A DNA stretch of 64,000 bases from Christensenellaceae bacterium (GTDB lineage Bacteria > Bacillota > Clostridia > Christensenellales > Borkfalkiaceae): the NCBI GenBank assembly GCA_045542055.1, contig JAZQKH010000021.1:7963-71962 (forward strand), in the 5' to 3' direction. The position numbers and the translations under genes were made by a program. The notes under the pieces were generated by a model, which saw only the letters and a program-made list of their open reading frames with translations, did no database searches and was not told the DNA's origin. Shown in pieces: positions 1-9,156 of the stretch (position 1 is its first letter; every line of letters begins with the position of its first letter).

Positions 1-929
1 TTGAAGGTCAAACGAAAACCAAGCTTGGCAACCCCGAAGCACGCCCTGCGGTAGAAAGCGTTACAGTAAGCGAACTTTCGGCGCTTATGAAAAACAAAAA
101 ACTCGGCAAAACCTTTGATACTATTATAAACAAGGCGTTAAACGCTGCAAAAGTTCGTCTTGCCGCTAAAAAAGCAAAGGAAATTGCAAGGGCTTCTAAA
201 AGTATTGACTCGCAGAATTTGGTCGGCAAACTTGCTTCCTGCTCTGGCAGAAAACCCGAACTTAACGAACTGTTTATCGTAGAAGGTGACTCTGCAGGCG
301 GTAGTGCAAAACAAGCAAGGGTAAGGCAATATCAGGCAATACTTCCACTGCGTGGTAAACCACTTAACGTTGAAAAGAAAAAATTAGAACAAATTCTTCA
401 AAACGAAGAAATAAGAACTATCATCTCTGCACTCGGCACGGGCATAGGCTCGTCGTTTGACTTAGAAAGCCTAAAATTCCACAAAGTAATTATTTTATCC
501 GATGCCGACCAAGACGGTGCGCATATTAGGGCTATACTTTTGACCTTCTTTTTTAGGTATATGAAAGAACTTGTCAACGCAGGGCACGTGTATATAGGTA
601 TGCCACCACTTTATAAAGTGTATAAAGGCAACGTAGAAGAATACGCTTACGACGACAACGAACTTCAAGCAAAAATAGAAAAGGTTGGCAGGGGCTATTC
701 AATACAACGTTATAAAGGTCTTGGTGAAATGGACCCCGCTCAACTTTGGGAAACTACTATGAATCCCGAAACACGTTCACTTATGCAAGTGTCTATTGAA
801 GACGCCGCCGAAGCCGATAAAATGATAACCGTTTTAATGGGCGATGAAGTAAGTGAAAGAAAGAAATATATATTTGAATACGCAAACTTTAATAAAGAAG
901 ATAAGTTTGCCAAGATTAAACGTTCATAG
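1..929 (+). CDS. parE: Type IIA topoisomerase B subunit, C-terminal part (5' end outside window); most likely topoisomerase IV ParE
   Basis: The frame is open from the window edge (codon phase starts at nt 3) and reads EGQTKTKLGN. It has the Toprim motif FIVEGDSAGGSAKQAR, ILSDADQDGAHI and KGLGEM. A ParC-type A subunit follows 12 nt downstream. Confidence 0.8.
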   Translation, partial: EGQTKTKLGNPEARPAVESVTVSELSALMKNKKLGKTFDTIINKALNAAKVRLAAKKAKEIARASKSIDSQNLVGKLASCSGRKPELNELFIVEGDSAGGSAKQARVRQYQAILPLRGKPLNVEKKKLEQILQNEEIRTIISALGTGIGSSFDLESLKFHKVIILSDADQDGAHIRAILLTFFFRYMKELVNAGHVYIGMPPLYKVYKGNVEEYAYDDNELQAKIEKVGRGYSIQRYKGLGEMDPAQLWETTMNPETRSLMQVSIEDAAEADKMITVLMGDEVSERKKYIFEYANFNKEDKFAKIKRS

Positions 930-941
930 GGGGGGTAAGGT

Positions 942-3362
942 ATGGAAAACAAAAAAGGTATAATTCCCGCATCACTTGACGAAGTGTTAAAAAATTCAAT
1001 GATACCTTACGCTGAAAACGTAATTTTAGACCGTGCGCTTCCCCGTGTGGAAGACGGTTTAAAACCCGTTCAAAGACGTATTCTTTACACAATGTATGAA
1101 CTTGGCTTAACACCCGATAAACCACACAAAAAATGTGCAAAAATAGTCGGTGACTGTTTGGGTAAATTCCACCCGCACGGCGACAGTTCGGTATATGGTG
1201 CACTCGTTCATATGGCGCAAGATTTTAATATGCGTATGCCACTTATAAACGGGCACGGCAACTTTGGTACGGTAGACGGCGACTCTGCCGCAGCGTATAG
1301 GTATACCGAAGCAAGATTAGAATCGCTTTCGCTTGAACTGCTTCGTGATATCGATAAAGACACCGTTAACTTTAGTCTTAACTTTGACGACACCTTAGAA
1401 GAGCCCGACACCTTGCCGGGCAGATACCCTAATTTGCTCGTAAACGGTGCAACGGGTATTGCGGTAGGTCTTGCCACCAATATTCCGCCACACAATTTAA
1501 CCGAAGTTATCAACGGCACTATTGCTTATATTGATAATCCTAAAATTAGCCTAAAAGATATGATGAAATATATTCCCGCACCCGACTTTCCAACGGGGGG
1601 ATATATCATTGCAACCGAAGAGTTGGAAGAAGCCTATAAAACGGGCAAGGGTAAAATAAAAATTCGTGCAAGGGTCAATATTGAAAAGGACGGCGAAAAG
1701 CAAAACCTTATAATATCAGAACTACCTTATCAAGTTAACAAAGCCGACCTGCTTAAAAAGATTTCCGACCTTAGAGAAGAGCGTAAAGAGTATTTGGGCG
1801 GTATAGCCGACGTGGTTGACGAATCGGATAGAAACGGTATGCGTGCAGTTATCAAAATTCGTAAGGACGCCGATGCTAAAGCCATACTCAACTATTTGTA
1901 TAAAAACACTTCCCTTGAAACTTCGTTTGGCATAAATATAGTCGCCATTGCAAACGGCAAACCCTGTCAAATGGGGCTAATTGACATTATAGCCTATTAC
2001 GTTAATTATCAACGTGAAGTTATTCTTCGCAGAAGTAAATTTGAACTTGAAAGGGCAAAAGAACGTGCGCACATTTTAGAAGGTCTAATTATTGCCGTTA
2101 ACAATATCGACGAAGTAATTAAGATAATTAAAAACGCTGATAACACTGCCGACGCTAAGGCAAAATTGCGTAAACGTTTCGACCTATCCGACGCACAAGC
2201 GCAAGCTATTTTAGATTTGCGTCTTGCAAGGCTTAACAAACTTGAAGTTAACAAACTTATTGATGAACTTAAAGAGTTAAAGAAGCGTATTGAAGAATTA
2301 TCCGCAATCATCGCAAGCAGAGCAAAGCAAATGGGCGTGGTAAAATCCGAACTTTCTGCCGTTAAAAAGCGTTATGGCGAAGATAGACGCAGTCATATTA
2401 TCGAAGGCGGTGTTGAAATAAACGTTCAGTCGGTAGAAAAAGAACTAAAACAAGTTGACGACTTCGTTGTAGTGTTTACCGAAGGTAAACGTTTTAAGAA
2501 GATGACCGAACGTAGTTTTAAGACGGCGGATAGAACGGTTAAAGAAAACGCCCAAGCGGAAGACTTTATAAACGTTCGTTGCAATATTAGAAGCGATATG
2601 ACCCTAATGGCGTTTACCAATCTTGGCAACGCAGTTAAAATCGATATGGAAATCGCACCCGAGTGCCGTTTCCGTGATAAGGGCTATAAGTTTAACGAAG
2701 TATGCAAGGATGCGGGTAGAAACGAATACCCTGTTGCCTTCTTTGCAACTGAAGAAAATAAAGTACCCGAAGGTAATTTACTATTCTATACTAAAAACGG
2801 CTTGATTAAAAAGACGGAGTGGTCTGAATATACGCTTATTAAACCTTACTATCAAGCAATTAAGCTTAAAGACGGTGACGAACTTATCGGTGTAGAGCAA
2901 GACGTAAACGATACCACTATCGGCTACGTTACGAGCCAAGGTATGGTGCTTAACGCTGAAAAGACCGATATACCCCTTCAAGGCAGAGTGGCTGGTGGCG
3001 TTAAGGGAATTACGCTAAACAAGGGTGATGAAATCGTGTTCTGCGGTCAAATTGACGAAGAAGGCGAATTCGTTATAGTAACCGATACCGGCTTTTATAA
3101 AAAAGTCGTTGCTTGTGCAATCGACCCACTTGGTAGGGGAAGAAAGGGCGTCAAAATCGTTGAACTTGGTGGAAAAACTAATAAAGTAGTATACTCTGCC
3201 TACGTTAAAGAGCCCTTCGACTTTGCGGTAATCGATAACTTTGGCGTGGCGTTTAAGGTTAATACCGACGAACTCTCTATTGAAGTTAGAACTACCAAAG
3301 GTAAAACCTTAAAGAACGAAAACAAAAAGCGTATGCCCGAAAAGGTTTTCAAAATAGTATAA
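942..3362 (+). CDS. parC: Topoisomerase IV subunit A (ParC-type)
   Basis: 806 aa with [13 protein letters not shown] and the catalytic Tyr context [11 protein letters not shown]. The C-terminal beta-pinwheel blades ([10 protein letters not shown]) have no GyrA-box (QRRGGKG) in the first blade, which favours ParC over GyrA. Confidence 0.8.
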   Translation: MENKKGIIPASLDEVLKNSMIPYAENVILDRALPRVEDGLKPVQRRILYTMYELGLTPDKPHKKCAKIVGDCLGKFHPHGDSSVYGALVHMAQDFNMRMPLINGHGNFGTVDGDSAAAYRYTEARLESLSLELLRDIDKDTVNFSLNFDDTLEEPDTLPGRYPNLLVNGATGIAVGLATNIPPHNLTEVINGTIAYIDNPKISLKDMMKYIPAPDFPTGGYIIATEELEEAYKTGKGKIKIRARVNIEKDGEKQNLIISELPYQVNKADLLKKISDLREERKEYLGGIADVVDESDRNGMRAVIKIRKDADAKAILNYLYKNTSLETSFGINIVAIANGKPCQMGLIDIIAYYVNYQREVILRRSKFELERAKERAHILEGLIIAVNNIDEVIKIIKNADNTADAKAKLRKRFDLSDAQAQAILDLRLARLNKLEVNKLIDELKELKKRIEELSAIIASRAKQMGVVKSELSAVKKRYGEDRRSHIIEGGVEINVQSVEKELKQVDDFVVVFTEGKRFKKMTERSFKTADRTVKENAQAEDFINVRCNIRSDMTLMAFTNLGNAVKIDMEIAPECRFRDKGYKFNEVCKDAGRNEYPVAFFATEENKVPEGNLLFYTKNGLIKKTEWSEYTLIKPYYQAIKLKDGDELIGVEQDVNDTTIGYVTSQGMVLNAEKTDIPLQGRVAGGVKGITLNKGDEIVFCGQIDEEGEFVIVTDTGFYKKVVACAIDPLGRGRKGVKIVELGGKTNKVVYSAYVKEPFDFAVIDNFGVAFKVNTDELSIEVRTTKGKTLKNENKKRMPEKVFKIV

Positions 3363-3375
3363 ACTAAATACAAAC

Positions 3376-3406
3376 AAAAAGGCTTGCCCAATCGGGCAAG
3401 CCTTTT
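3376..3406. terminator. Bidirectional rho-independent terminator between convergent parC and the SLOG gene
   Basis: aaaaaGGCTTGCCCaatcGGGCAAGCCtttt: a perfect 9-bp GC-rich stem flanked by an A-run and a T-run. Confidence 0.8.
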
Positions 3407-3410
3407 AACG

Positions 3411-3920
3411 TTATTCATTAAATAAATTTATAATTTGTTTACCTTTTTTTATGGCGTATTCGTAAGCAAGCATAGTTCCACTTTTTGGCTGATAGTAAAA
3501 AACCGCACGCTTGCTTGCCTTTCTAAGTGGAGGCTTATAATCCTTATTATAGTAAAAAACGCATAAATCACTTAAGTTTATCATTTCTTGATTGCGTTCT
3601 AAATAACTACCCTTGCCAGCGTTTTCAATTCTTTTTGGCATTAAGGTGCTGTCGTATGTCGTTAACAAATAATCCATGTACTGTTTTGAGATATATGGAT
3701 AATGAGAGCGAACGTAAACGAGTTCAATACGTGGATAAAATTCCTTTAGTTTTAACGCAGTTTCTAACGCTAAATCGTTAAAATCACTTTGGCTACCAAA
3801 GTAAAAGGTTGTTACGTTTTGCTGAATAAGTTCTTGTATTGTTTCAGTTAGTTTTTGTCTTAACGTTTCTTGGTTATCAACTTTTCTGTGACCAATAAAG
3901 CAACAACTTTTGTTTTCCAT
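3411..3920 (-). CDS. SLOG-superfamily / DUF1273 (YpsA-like) protein
   Basis: 169 aa. The N-terminus MENKSCCFIGHRKV and the segment FYFGSQSDFNDLALETALKLKEFYPRIELVYV match the CCFTGHR-type DUF1273 proteins common in Clostridia. RBS AAAGGAA lies 5 nt upstream. Confidence 0.65.
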   Translation of the reverse strand: MENKSCCFIGHRKVDNQETLRQKLTETIQELIQQNVTTFYFGSQSDFNDLALETALKLKEFYPRIELVYVRSHYPYISKQYMDYLLTTYDSTLMPKRIENAGKGSYLERNQEMINLSDLCVFYYNKDYKPPLRKASKRAVFYYQPKSGTMLAYEYAIKKGKQIINLFNE

Positions 3921-3997
3921 ATCGTTTCCTTTAAAATAGTAAAACCACTAAAACGATTGATTTGTTTTAGCGGCTATGAATACATTGTGTCGTTATT

Positions 3998-4030
3998 AAA
4001 AAAAATGCCGCATACCTTACGATACACGGC
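3998..4030 (-). terminator. Intrinsic terminator inside the 5' region of the SLOG gene
   Basis: Minus-strand RNA reads GCCGUGUAUC-GUAA-GGUAUGCGGC, then A and U8. It lies 78 nt upstream of the ATG at 3920. Confidence 0.6.
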
Positions 4031-4215
4031 AAATATAGAATATACCTTTCTCGTAAGTTTGCTACAACTTTTAGTTTCTTTCCTTAAGCAATTATAAAAA
4101 TAATCACAGGTAAAAAACGATAATAGATATAATCCTACCAAGACTATACCCGTGAAAAAAATTTTTTATAATTTGGAAAGATTGCTTTTTTACTAAAAAG
4201 ACTAAAAATTGTAGC
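3998..4215 (-). ncRNA. Candidate structured leader or sRNA (unclassified): closing helix, inner helix, then terminator
   Basis: P1 pairs 4219-4201 with 4075-4057 (19 nt, 18 WC + 1 G.U). P2 pairs 4154-4147 with 4112-4105 (8 bp, 1 G.U). A 10-bp hairpin with a GUAA loop plus U8 lies at 4030-3998. All mismatches are G.U on the minus-strand RNA and would be A.C on the plus strand. Confidence 0.4.
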
Positions 4216-4221
4216 AAACAT

Positions 4222-4250
4222 ATTATATTATATTTAAAAACCGTTGTCAA
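4222..4250 (-). promoter_or_regulatory. Consensus sigma-A-type promoter firing toward the SLOG gene
   Basis: Minus strand reads TTGACA (4250-4245), a 17-nt spacer, then TATAAT (4227-4222). Predicted +1 is near 4215. Confidence 0.55.
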
Positions 4251-4265
4251 TGCAAAATTCACAAT

Positions 4266-4299
4266 AAAAAAATCAGACTTGTTAATTAAGTCTGATTTT
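4266..4299 (-). terminator. ychF terminator
   Basis: AATCAGACTT-gttaatt-AAGTCTGATT is a perfect 10-bp stem. It is followed on the minus strand by U7. Confidence 0.8.
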
Positions 4300-4333
4300 A
4301 GTTTTAAAATTTTATAAAATATTGACTTTTTTA

Positions 4334-5431
4334 CTAAACGTTAAATCTAAAAAGCACTACGTCGCCATCTTTAAGAACGTATTCTTTACCTTCCGAGCGA
4401 ACTTTACCTTTTTCTTTAGCGGCGTTAAAACTGCCAAGTTCTACTAAAATATCGTAGTCAACAATTTCTGCACGGATAAAACCCTTTTCAAAATCGGTGT
4501 GAATTTTACCCGCTGCTTGCGGGGCTTTAGTCCCAAGTTCGATAGTCCAAGCACGAACTTCCTTTTCGCCGGCGGTAAGGTAACTTATAAGCCCTAAAAG
4601 TTTATAAGACGCTTTAACAAGTTTATCTAAGCCACTTTCGGTTAAGCCGTAATCTTCCAAAAATAACGCTCTTTCATCGTCGTCAAGTTCTGATAGTTCT
4701 TCTTCGGTTTTTGCACAAATTACTATGCTTTCAGCGTTTTCGCTTTTAGCAAATTCAATAACTTTTTTGGCTAAGGGTAAATCTTCTTCGGGTTTACCGA
4801 TATCGCCGTCACTTATATTAGCAGTGTAAATAACGGGTTTTGCCGTAATTAAAAATAAGGTTTTAAGATATTCCTTTTCTTCATCGGTGCAGGGGAGCGT
4901 TCTTGCGGGCTTAAGTTCGTTTAAGTGGTTATATAATCTTGCCAAAAATTCGGCTTCAATCTTATATTTTTTATCACCCGTCTTAATCATACTTTCAGCC
5001 TTGTCAAGACGTTTTTTAACTGACTCGGTATCGGCAAAGATAAGTTCCATATTTATGGTTTCAATATCACGAAGTGGGTCAACCACGTCGTCAACGTGGG
5101 TAACGTTTTCATCTTCAAAGCATCTTACGACGTGTACGATAGCGTCAGTTTCACGAATATTTGCCAAAAACTTATTGCCTAAACCTTCGCCCTTGCTTGC
5201 ACCTTTAACAAGCCCCGCAATATCAACAAATTCAACTACCGCAGGGGTAATCTTTTTAGTGTTGTAAAGTTTGCCCAATACTTCTAGCCTAAAATCTGGT
5301 ACGGCTACTATGCCAACGTTTGGTTCAATGGTGCAAAAGGGATAGTTCGCACACTCAGCACCAGCCTTGGTGATTGCATTAAATAAGGTAGATTTGCCTA
5401 CGTTGGGTAAACCAACCACGCCTAATTTCAT
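4334..5431 (-). CDS. ychF: Ribosome-binding ATPase YchF
   Basis: MKLGVVGLPNVGKSTLFNA P-loop and a C-terminal TGS-like end ...DGDVVLFRFNV. Start moved to Met16 of the ORF-track entry because GGAGAA lies 7 nt upstream. Confidence 0.9.
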   Translation of the reverse strand: MKLGVVGLPNVGKSTLFNAITKAGAECANYPFCTIEPNVGIVAVPDFRLEVLGKLYNTKKITPAVVEFVDIAGLVKGASKGEGLGNKFLANIRETDAIVHVVRCFEDENVTHVDDVVDPLRDIETINMELIFADTESVKKRLDKAESMIKTGDKKYKIEAEFLARLYNHLNELKPARTLPCTDEEKEYLKTLFLITAKPVIYTANISDGDIGKPEEDLPLAKKVIEFAKSENAESIVICAKTEEELSELDDDERALFLEDYGLTESGLDKLVKASYKLLGLISYLTAGEKEVRAWTIELGTKAPQAAGKIHTDFEKGFIRAEIVDYDILVELGSFNAAKEKGKVRSEGKEYVLKDGDVVLFRFNV

Positions 5432-5574
5432 AATATTTTCTCCATAAAAGTAAAGTAAATTTATATATTTATTCAATTATAAACTTTTTCGTTCAAAAAT
5501 ACAACTTTTTAAGTTGCTTTTTTGAACAATTATATGATAAAATAATTACAAAGATAGATTTTAGTGGAGACAGT

Positions 5575-7257
5575 ATGAACTACAAACAGTATATTGCCAG
5601 CAAAATTTCAATAGACGGCGTAGAAAAAAGCCAATTAGAAAGTTTTATAGAAGTCCCCCAAAACACCGAAATGGGCGACTATGCTTTGCCGTGCTTTAAA
5701 TTAAGCAAAATTTTACGTTCTTCACCCGTAGCCATTGCACAAAATTTAAAAGACGCAGTAAAACTTGACGACGTTATTTGTGAAGTAAATGCAGTAAACG
5801 GATATCTTAACTTTAAGATTAACCGCATTGGCTTTTCAACTGCAACGCTAAACGAGATTTTAACTAAAGGGGCGTCGTACGGCTCTTGTGATGAAGGTGC
5901 GGGCAAAACTATTTGTATTGACTATTCTTCAATTAATATTGCAAAGCCCTTCCACATAGGGCATTTAAGCACCACCGTAATTGGTAGTGCACTCTGCAAA
6001 ATTTATAGATTTTTAGGCTACAAAGTAGTCGGTATTAACCACCTTGGCGATTACGGTACGCAGTTTGGTAAACTTATAGTTGCTTATAAAAAGTGGAGTA
6101 GTGAAGAAGCCGTTAAAGAAGGCAGATTAAAAGAACTATCTCGCATTTACGTTAAATTCCACGAAGAAGCAAAACTTCACCCCGAACTTGACGACGAGGC
6201 AAGACGTTATTTTAAGTTAATAGAAGACGGCGATAAAGAGAGTAACGTCCTTTTTGAAATGTTCAAAAAGGTTACCTTAGAAGAAGTTGATAAAATTTAT
6301 AAATTATTAAACGTTGACTTCGACTCTTACGCAGGCGAAAGTTTTTATAACGACAAAATGGGCGTTATAGTTGACGAACTAAACCAAAAAGGACTTATCA
6401 AGAATAGCGAAGGTGCTTCTATCGTAGACTTAGAAGAATACGATATGCCACCTTGCTTAATACTTAAATCAGACGGTTCAACCTTGTATGCAACAAGGGA
6501 TATTGCGGCGGCGGTATATCGTAAAAACACATACGATTTTTATAAGTGTTTATACGTCGTTGCGTACCAACAAAACCTTCACTTTAAGCAATTTTTTAAG
6601 GTGCTTGAACTAATGGGTAAAGACTGGGCAAAAGATATGGTTCACGTTGCTTACGGTATGGTGTCCTTGGAAAGTGGGTCAATGAGTACGAGAGCGGGCA
6701 ACGTCGTTTTATTAGAAGACGTTATAAATAAGACCATTGAAAAGGCTTATAGCGTTATAGAGCAAAAGAACCCTGACCTTAAAGATAAAGATAAAATTGC
6801 AAAAGCGGTCGGCACGGGCGCAGTTATTTTCGGTGCGCTATGTAACAATAAGATTAAAGACATCGTTTTCTCTTACGATAGAGTGCTTTCTTTTGAAGGG
6901 GAAACTTGCCCTTACGTTCAATACACCATTGCAAGGTGCAACAGTGTTATTGCTAAGAACGGCAAGCCCCAAGATTTTACTGTAAGCCAAGTTAACGACG
7001 ATGAATTTGCAGTTTTAACCGAACTTGCAAAATTTGGCGACGTAGTGCGTTCTGCGGGCGAAAAGTACGAACCGTCTATCGTAACACGTTACGCTTTAGA
7101 TTTGGCTTCGGCCTTTAATAAATTCTATTTTTCTTGCAAGATTGGTTGTGAAGACCAAAACTTAAAGAACTTCCGTTTATCCATTGCTAAGGCGGTTCAA
7201 ACCACCCTTACTAACGCACTCACCTTGCTTGGTATTGAAGCCGTGGAAGAAATGTAG
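5575..7257 (+). CDS. argS: Arginine--tRNA ligase
   Basis: 560 aa, class I HIGH motif (PFHIGHL), typical ArgS N-terminal add-on domain and C-terminal DALR-type anticodon-binding region. Confidence 0.9.
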   Translation: MNYKQYIASKISIDGVEKSQLESFIEVPQNTEMGDYALPCFKLSKILRSSPVAIAQNLKDAVKLDDVICEVNAVNGYLNFKINRIGFSTATLNEILTKGASYGSCDEGAGKTICIDYSSINIAKPFHIGHLSTTVIGSALCKIYRFLGYKVVGINHLGDYGTQFGKLIVAYKKWSSEEAVKEGRLKELSRIYVKFHEEAKLHPELDDEARRYFKLIEDGDKESNVLFEMFKKVTLEEVDKIYKLLNVDFDSYAGESFYNDKMGVIVDELNQKGLIKNSEGASIVDLEEYDMPPCLILKSDGSTLYATRDIAAAVYRKNTYDFYKCLYVVAYQQNLHFKQFFKVLELMGKDWAKDMVHVAYGMVSLESGSMSTRAGNVVLLEDVINKTIEKAYSVIEQKNPDLKDKDKIAKAVGTGAVIFGALCNNKIKDIVFSYDRVLSFEGETCPYVQYTIARCNSVIAKNGKPQDFTVSQVNDDEFAVLTELAKFGDVVRSAGEKYEPSIVTRYALDLASAFNKFYFSCKIGCEDQNLKNFRLSIAKAVQTTLTNALTLLGIEAVEEM

Positions 7258-7262
7258 GCTTT

Positions 7263-7934
7263 ATGCAAGAACTTAGTAAAAGTAATCTTAAAGCCGTTGT
7301 TTTTGATTTGGACGGTACGCTTTTAGATACCATTGACGACATAACGCTTAGCCTAAACGATATGCTATCGCATTTTGGCTATCCAACGATAGATAGAGAT
7401 AAAACTATTAGCATAATCAACCACGGTGCTAAATCACTTGTAAGAAACAGTTTTCCACAACCGATTAGCGATGAGCAGTTTGACGTTTGTTTTGACTATT
7501 ACCTTAAAAGTTACGCAAACAACACTTGTGATAAAACGGTTTTATATAAGGGCGTTTACGACTTATTGTTGGATTGTAAAAAGGCAGGCTATAAGGTGTG
7601 CGTTGCCACAAATAAGCAGGCGAGCAAAACACTTACGCTTTGCGGTGAAAAGTTTAACGGTTTTGAGTTCGACTACGTTTTAGGCGTGTCGGATGGCGTT
7701 GTACCTAAACCCGACCCAACGGCAATTTTAAGTTTTTTAAGTTGCTTAGGCGTAAAACCACAAAACGCCGTAATGGTTGGCGACGGCGATACCGACGTAA
7801 AAACTGCACTAAACGCTAATATGCAAAGCGTTGCAGTCTTATGGGGTTATCGCACAAAAGAACAGCTTTTAGAAGCAGGTGCAAAAACCTTTGCTTCAAA
7901 CGCTGAAGAATTAAGAAAAATTTTATTGAAATAA
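7263..7934 (+). CDS. HAD-superfamily hydrolase (phosphoglycolate-phosphatase-like)
   Basis: Motif I VVFDLDGTLLDT, motif II ATNK and motif IV VGDGDTD. Confidence 0.75.
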   Translation: MQELSKSNLKAVVFDLDGTLLDTIDDITLSLNDMLSHFGYPTIDRDKTISIINHGAKSLVRNSFPQPISDEQFDVCFDYYLKSYANNTCDKTVLYKGVYDLLLDCKKAGYKVCVATNKQASKTLTLCGEKFNGFEFDYVLGVSDGVVPKPDPTAILSFLSCLGVKPQNAVMVGDGDTDVKTALNANMQSVAVLWGYRTKEQLLEAGAKTFASNAEELRKILLK

Positions 7935-7940
7935 TATTTT

Positions 7941-9146
7941 TTGGAGACCCTTTTGGCAAACTATAAAGTAGTTATAGTCGGCGGGGGCGCTTCGGGGCTA
8001 TTGTGCGCAGTTGAACTTTTAAGTGGCAACAACCCCTTAAACGCAAAGGACTTGTTGCTTATAGAAGCAAACGACCGTGTAGGCAAAAAACTAGTAGCAA
8101 CGGGTAACGGGCAAGGCAATTTTGCAAACCGAAACTTCTGTGCACAAAAGTATCACGGTGACCCTTCGTTTATTTCGGCTTTCGTTGAACAATTTAATAA
8201 GATTGATTTGGAAGGCTACTTTTTGTCGATAGGCATACCACTTTGCACGCTAGAAGATGGCAAAATGTATCCACTATCAAGGCAGGCTAATTCTGCTTTA
8301 GATATAATTAGGGCGTATTTAAGCAGTAAAGGTTGTTCCATTTTAACGGGCGAGCGTGTAAACGCCGTAAAGCCCAAAGGCGAAGCGTTTAGCGTGCAAA
8401 CTGAAAAAGCCGAATATACCGCACAAAACGTAGTTCTTGCCTTTGGTGGAAAGGCTGGCAAGCAATTCGGCACTGACGGAAGTTCTTATAACTTAGCCGA
8501 AAGTTTTTCGCATAAGGTAACAAGCCTTTATCCGTCGTTGGTTCAACTCAAAACCCCACTTGATAAAATTAAGGGACTTAAAGGCTTAAAAGAAAACGTT
8601 GTTATATCCGCATACGATGACGGTAGATATATCGCTTCTGAAAGGGGCGAAGTGCTGTTTACTGAATACGGCATATCGGGCTCGGCAGTTTTCTATTTGT
8701 CGTCAAGACTAACTGATAAGAAAAATCCGTCGGTAAAAATTGAGTTTTTGCCAAATATGTCTGCACGGCAAATATTAAGTCTATTAAAGAATAGAAGCAG
8801 TTTAGGGTATATTGATTTAGAAAACACGCTTACGGGCATAATCAACAAAAAGATAGGTCAAGTAATTATAAAGCAAATAAAAAATCCAACTCCAGAGAGT
8901 GTTGCCAAAGCACTTAAAAACTTCAGCTTAAACGTTACGGGCAACTTGGGGTTTAACTATGCACAGGTTACCAAGGGCGGAATTAATACCGACCACGTCA
9001 ACCCCGTATCAATGCAAAGCAAATTAAAAAAGGGCTTATACATAATTGGCGAAGCGTTAAACGTTGACGGCGATTGTGGCGGTTATAATTTAAGTTTTGC
9101 ATTTGCCACGGGCATACTTTGCGCAAGGGATATAAAAAAAAGATAA
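7941..9146 (+). CDS. FAD-dependent oxidoreductase, YhiN/HI0933 (aminoacetone-oxidase-like) family
   Basis: N-terminal dinucleotide fold VVIVGGGASGLLCA and C-terminal GEALNVDGDCGGYNL motif. The real start may be the in-frame TTG at 7953, which is preceded by GGAG. Confidence 0.75.
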   Translation: METLLANYKVVIVGGGASGLLCAVELLSGNNPLNAKDLLLIEANDRVGKKLVATGNGQGNFANRNFCAQKYHGDPSFISAFVEQFNKIDLEGYFLSIGIPLCTLEDGKMYPLSRQANSALDIIRAYLSSKGCSILTGERVNAVKPKGEAFSVQTEKAEYTAQNVVLAFGGKAGKQFGTDGSSYNLAESFSHKVTSLYPSLVQLKTPLDKIKGLKGLKENVVISAYDDGRYIASERGEVLFTEYGISGSAVFYLSSRLTDKKNPSVKIEFLPNMSARQILSLLKNRSSLGYIDLENTLTGIINKKIGQVIIKQIKNPTPESVAKALKNFSLNVTGNLGFNYAQVTKGGINTDHVNPVSMQSKLKKGLYIIGEALNVDGDCGGYNLSFAFATGILCARDIKKR

Positions 9147-9156
9147 GGGAAGTATT

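Noticed and set aside
1-3362. The pair could be DNA gyrase (gyrB/gyrA) rather than topoisomerase IV.
   Set aside because: The A subunit has no GyrA-box (QRRGGKG-like) in the first C-terminal blade, which favours ParC/ParE. A phylogenetic placement would settle this, and residual uncertainty is reflected in the confidence values.
3870-4097. 75-aa plus-strand ORF in the gap upstream of the SLOG gene.
   Set aside because: It has no RBS, overlaps the SLOG gene start in antisense, and is crossed by the strand-specific RNA helices and terminator described in the findings.
4334-5476. N-terminally extended ORF-track starts for ychF, trxA, topA, htpG, the ATP-grasp gene, cysK, gmhA-like, the Gfo/Idh/MocA gene and both small module genes.
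   Set aside because: In each case an internal ATG is preceded by a GGAG-type SD at 5-9 nt and restores the canonical family N-terminus. The upstream extensions lack an RBS or overlap promoters or terminators.
5477-5574. T-box leaders upstream of the aminoacyl-tRNA synthetase genes (argS 5477-5574, hisS, asnS 40795-40930, metG 63114-63201).
   Set aside because: The upstream regions are only about 25-135 nt. None contains a T-box consensus (AGGGUGGNACCGCG-like) or a specifier-loop architecture.
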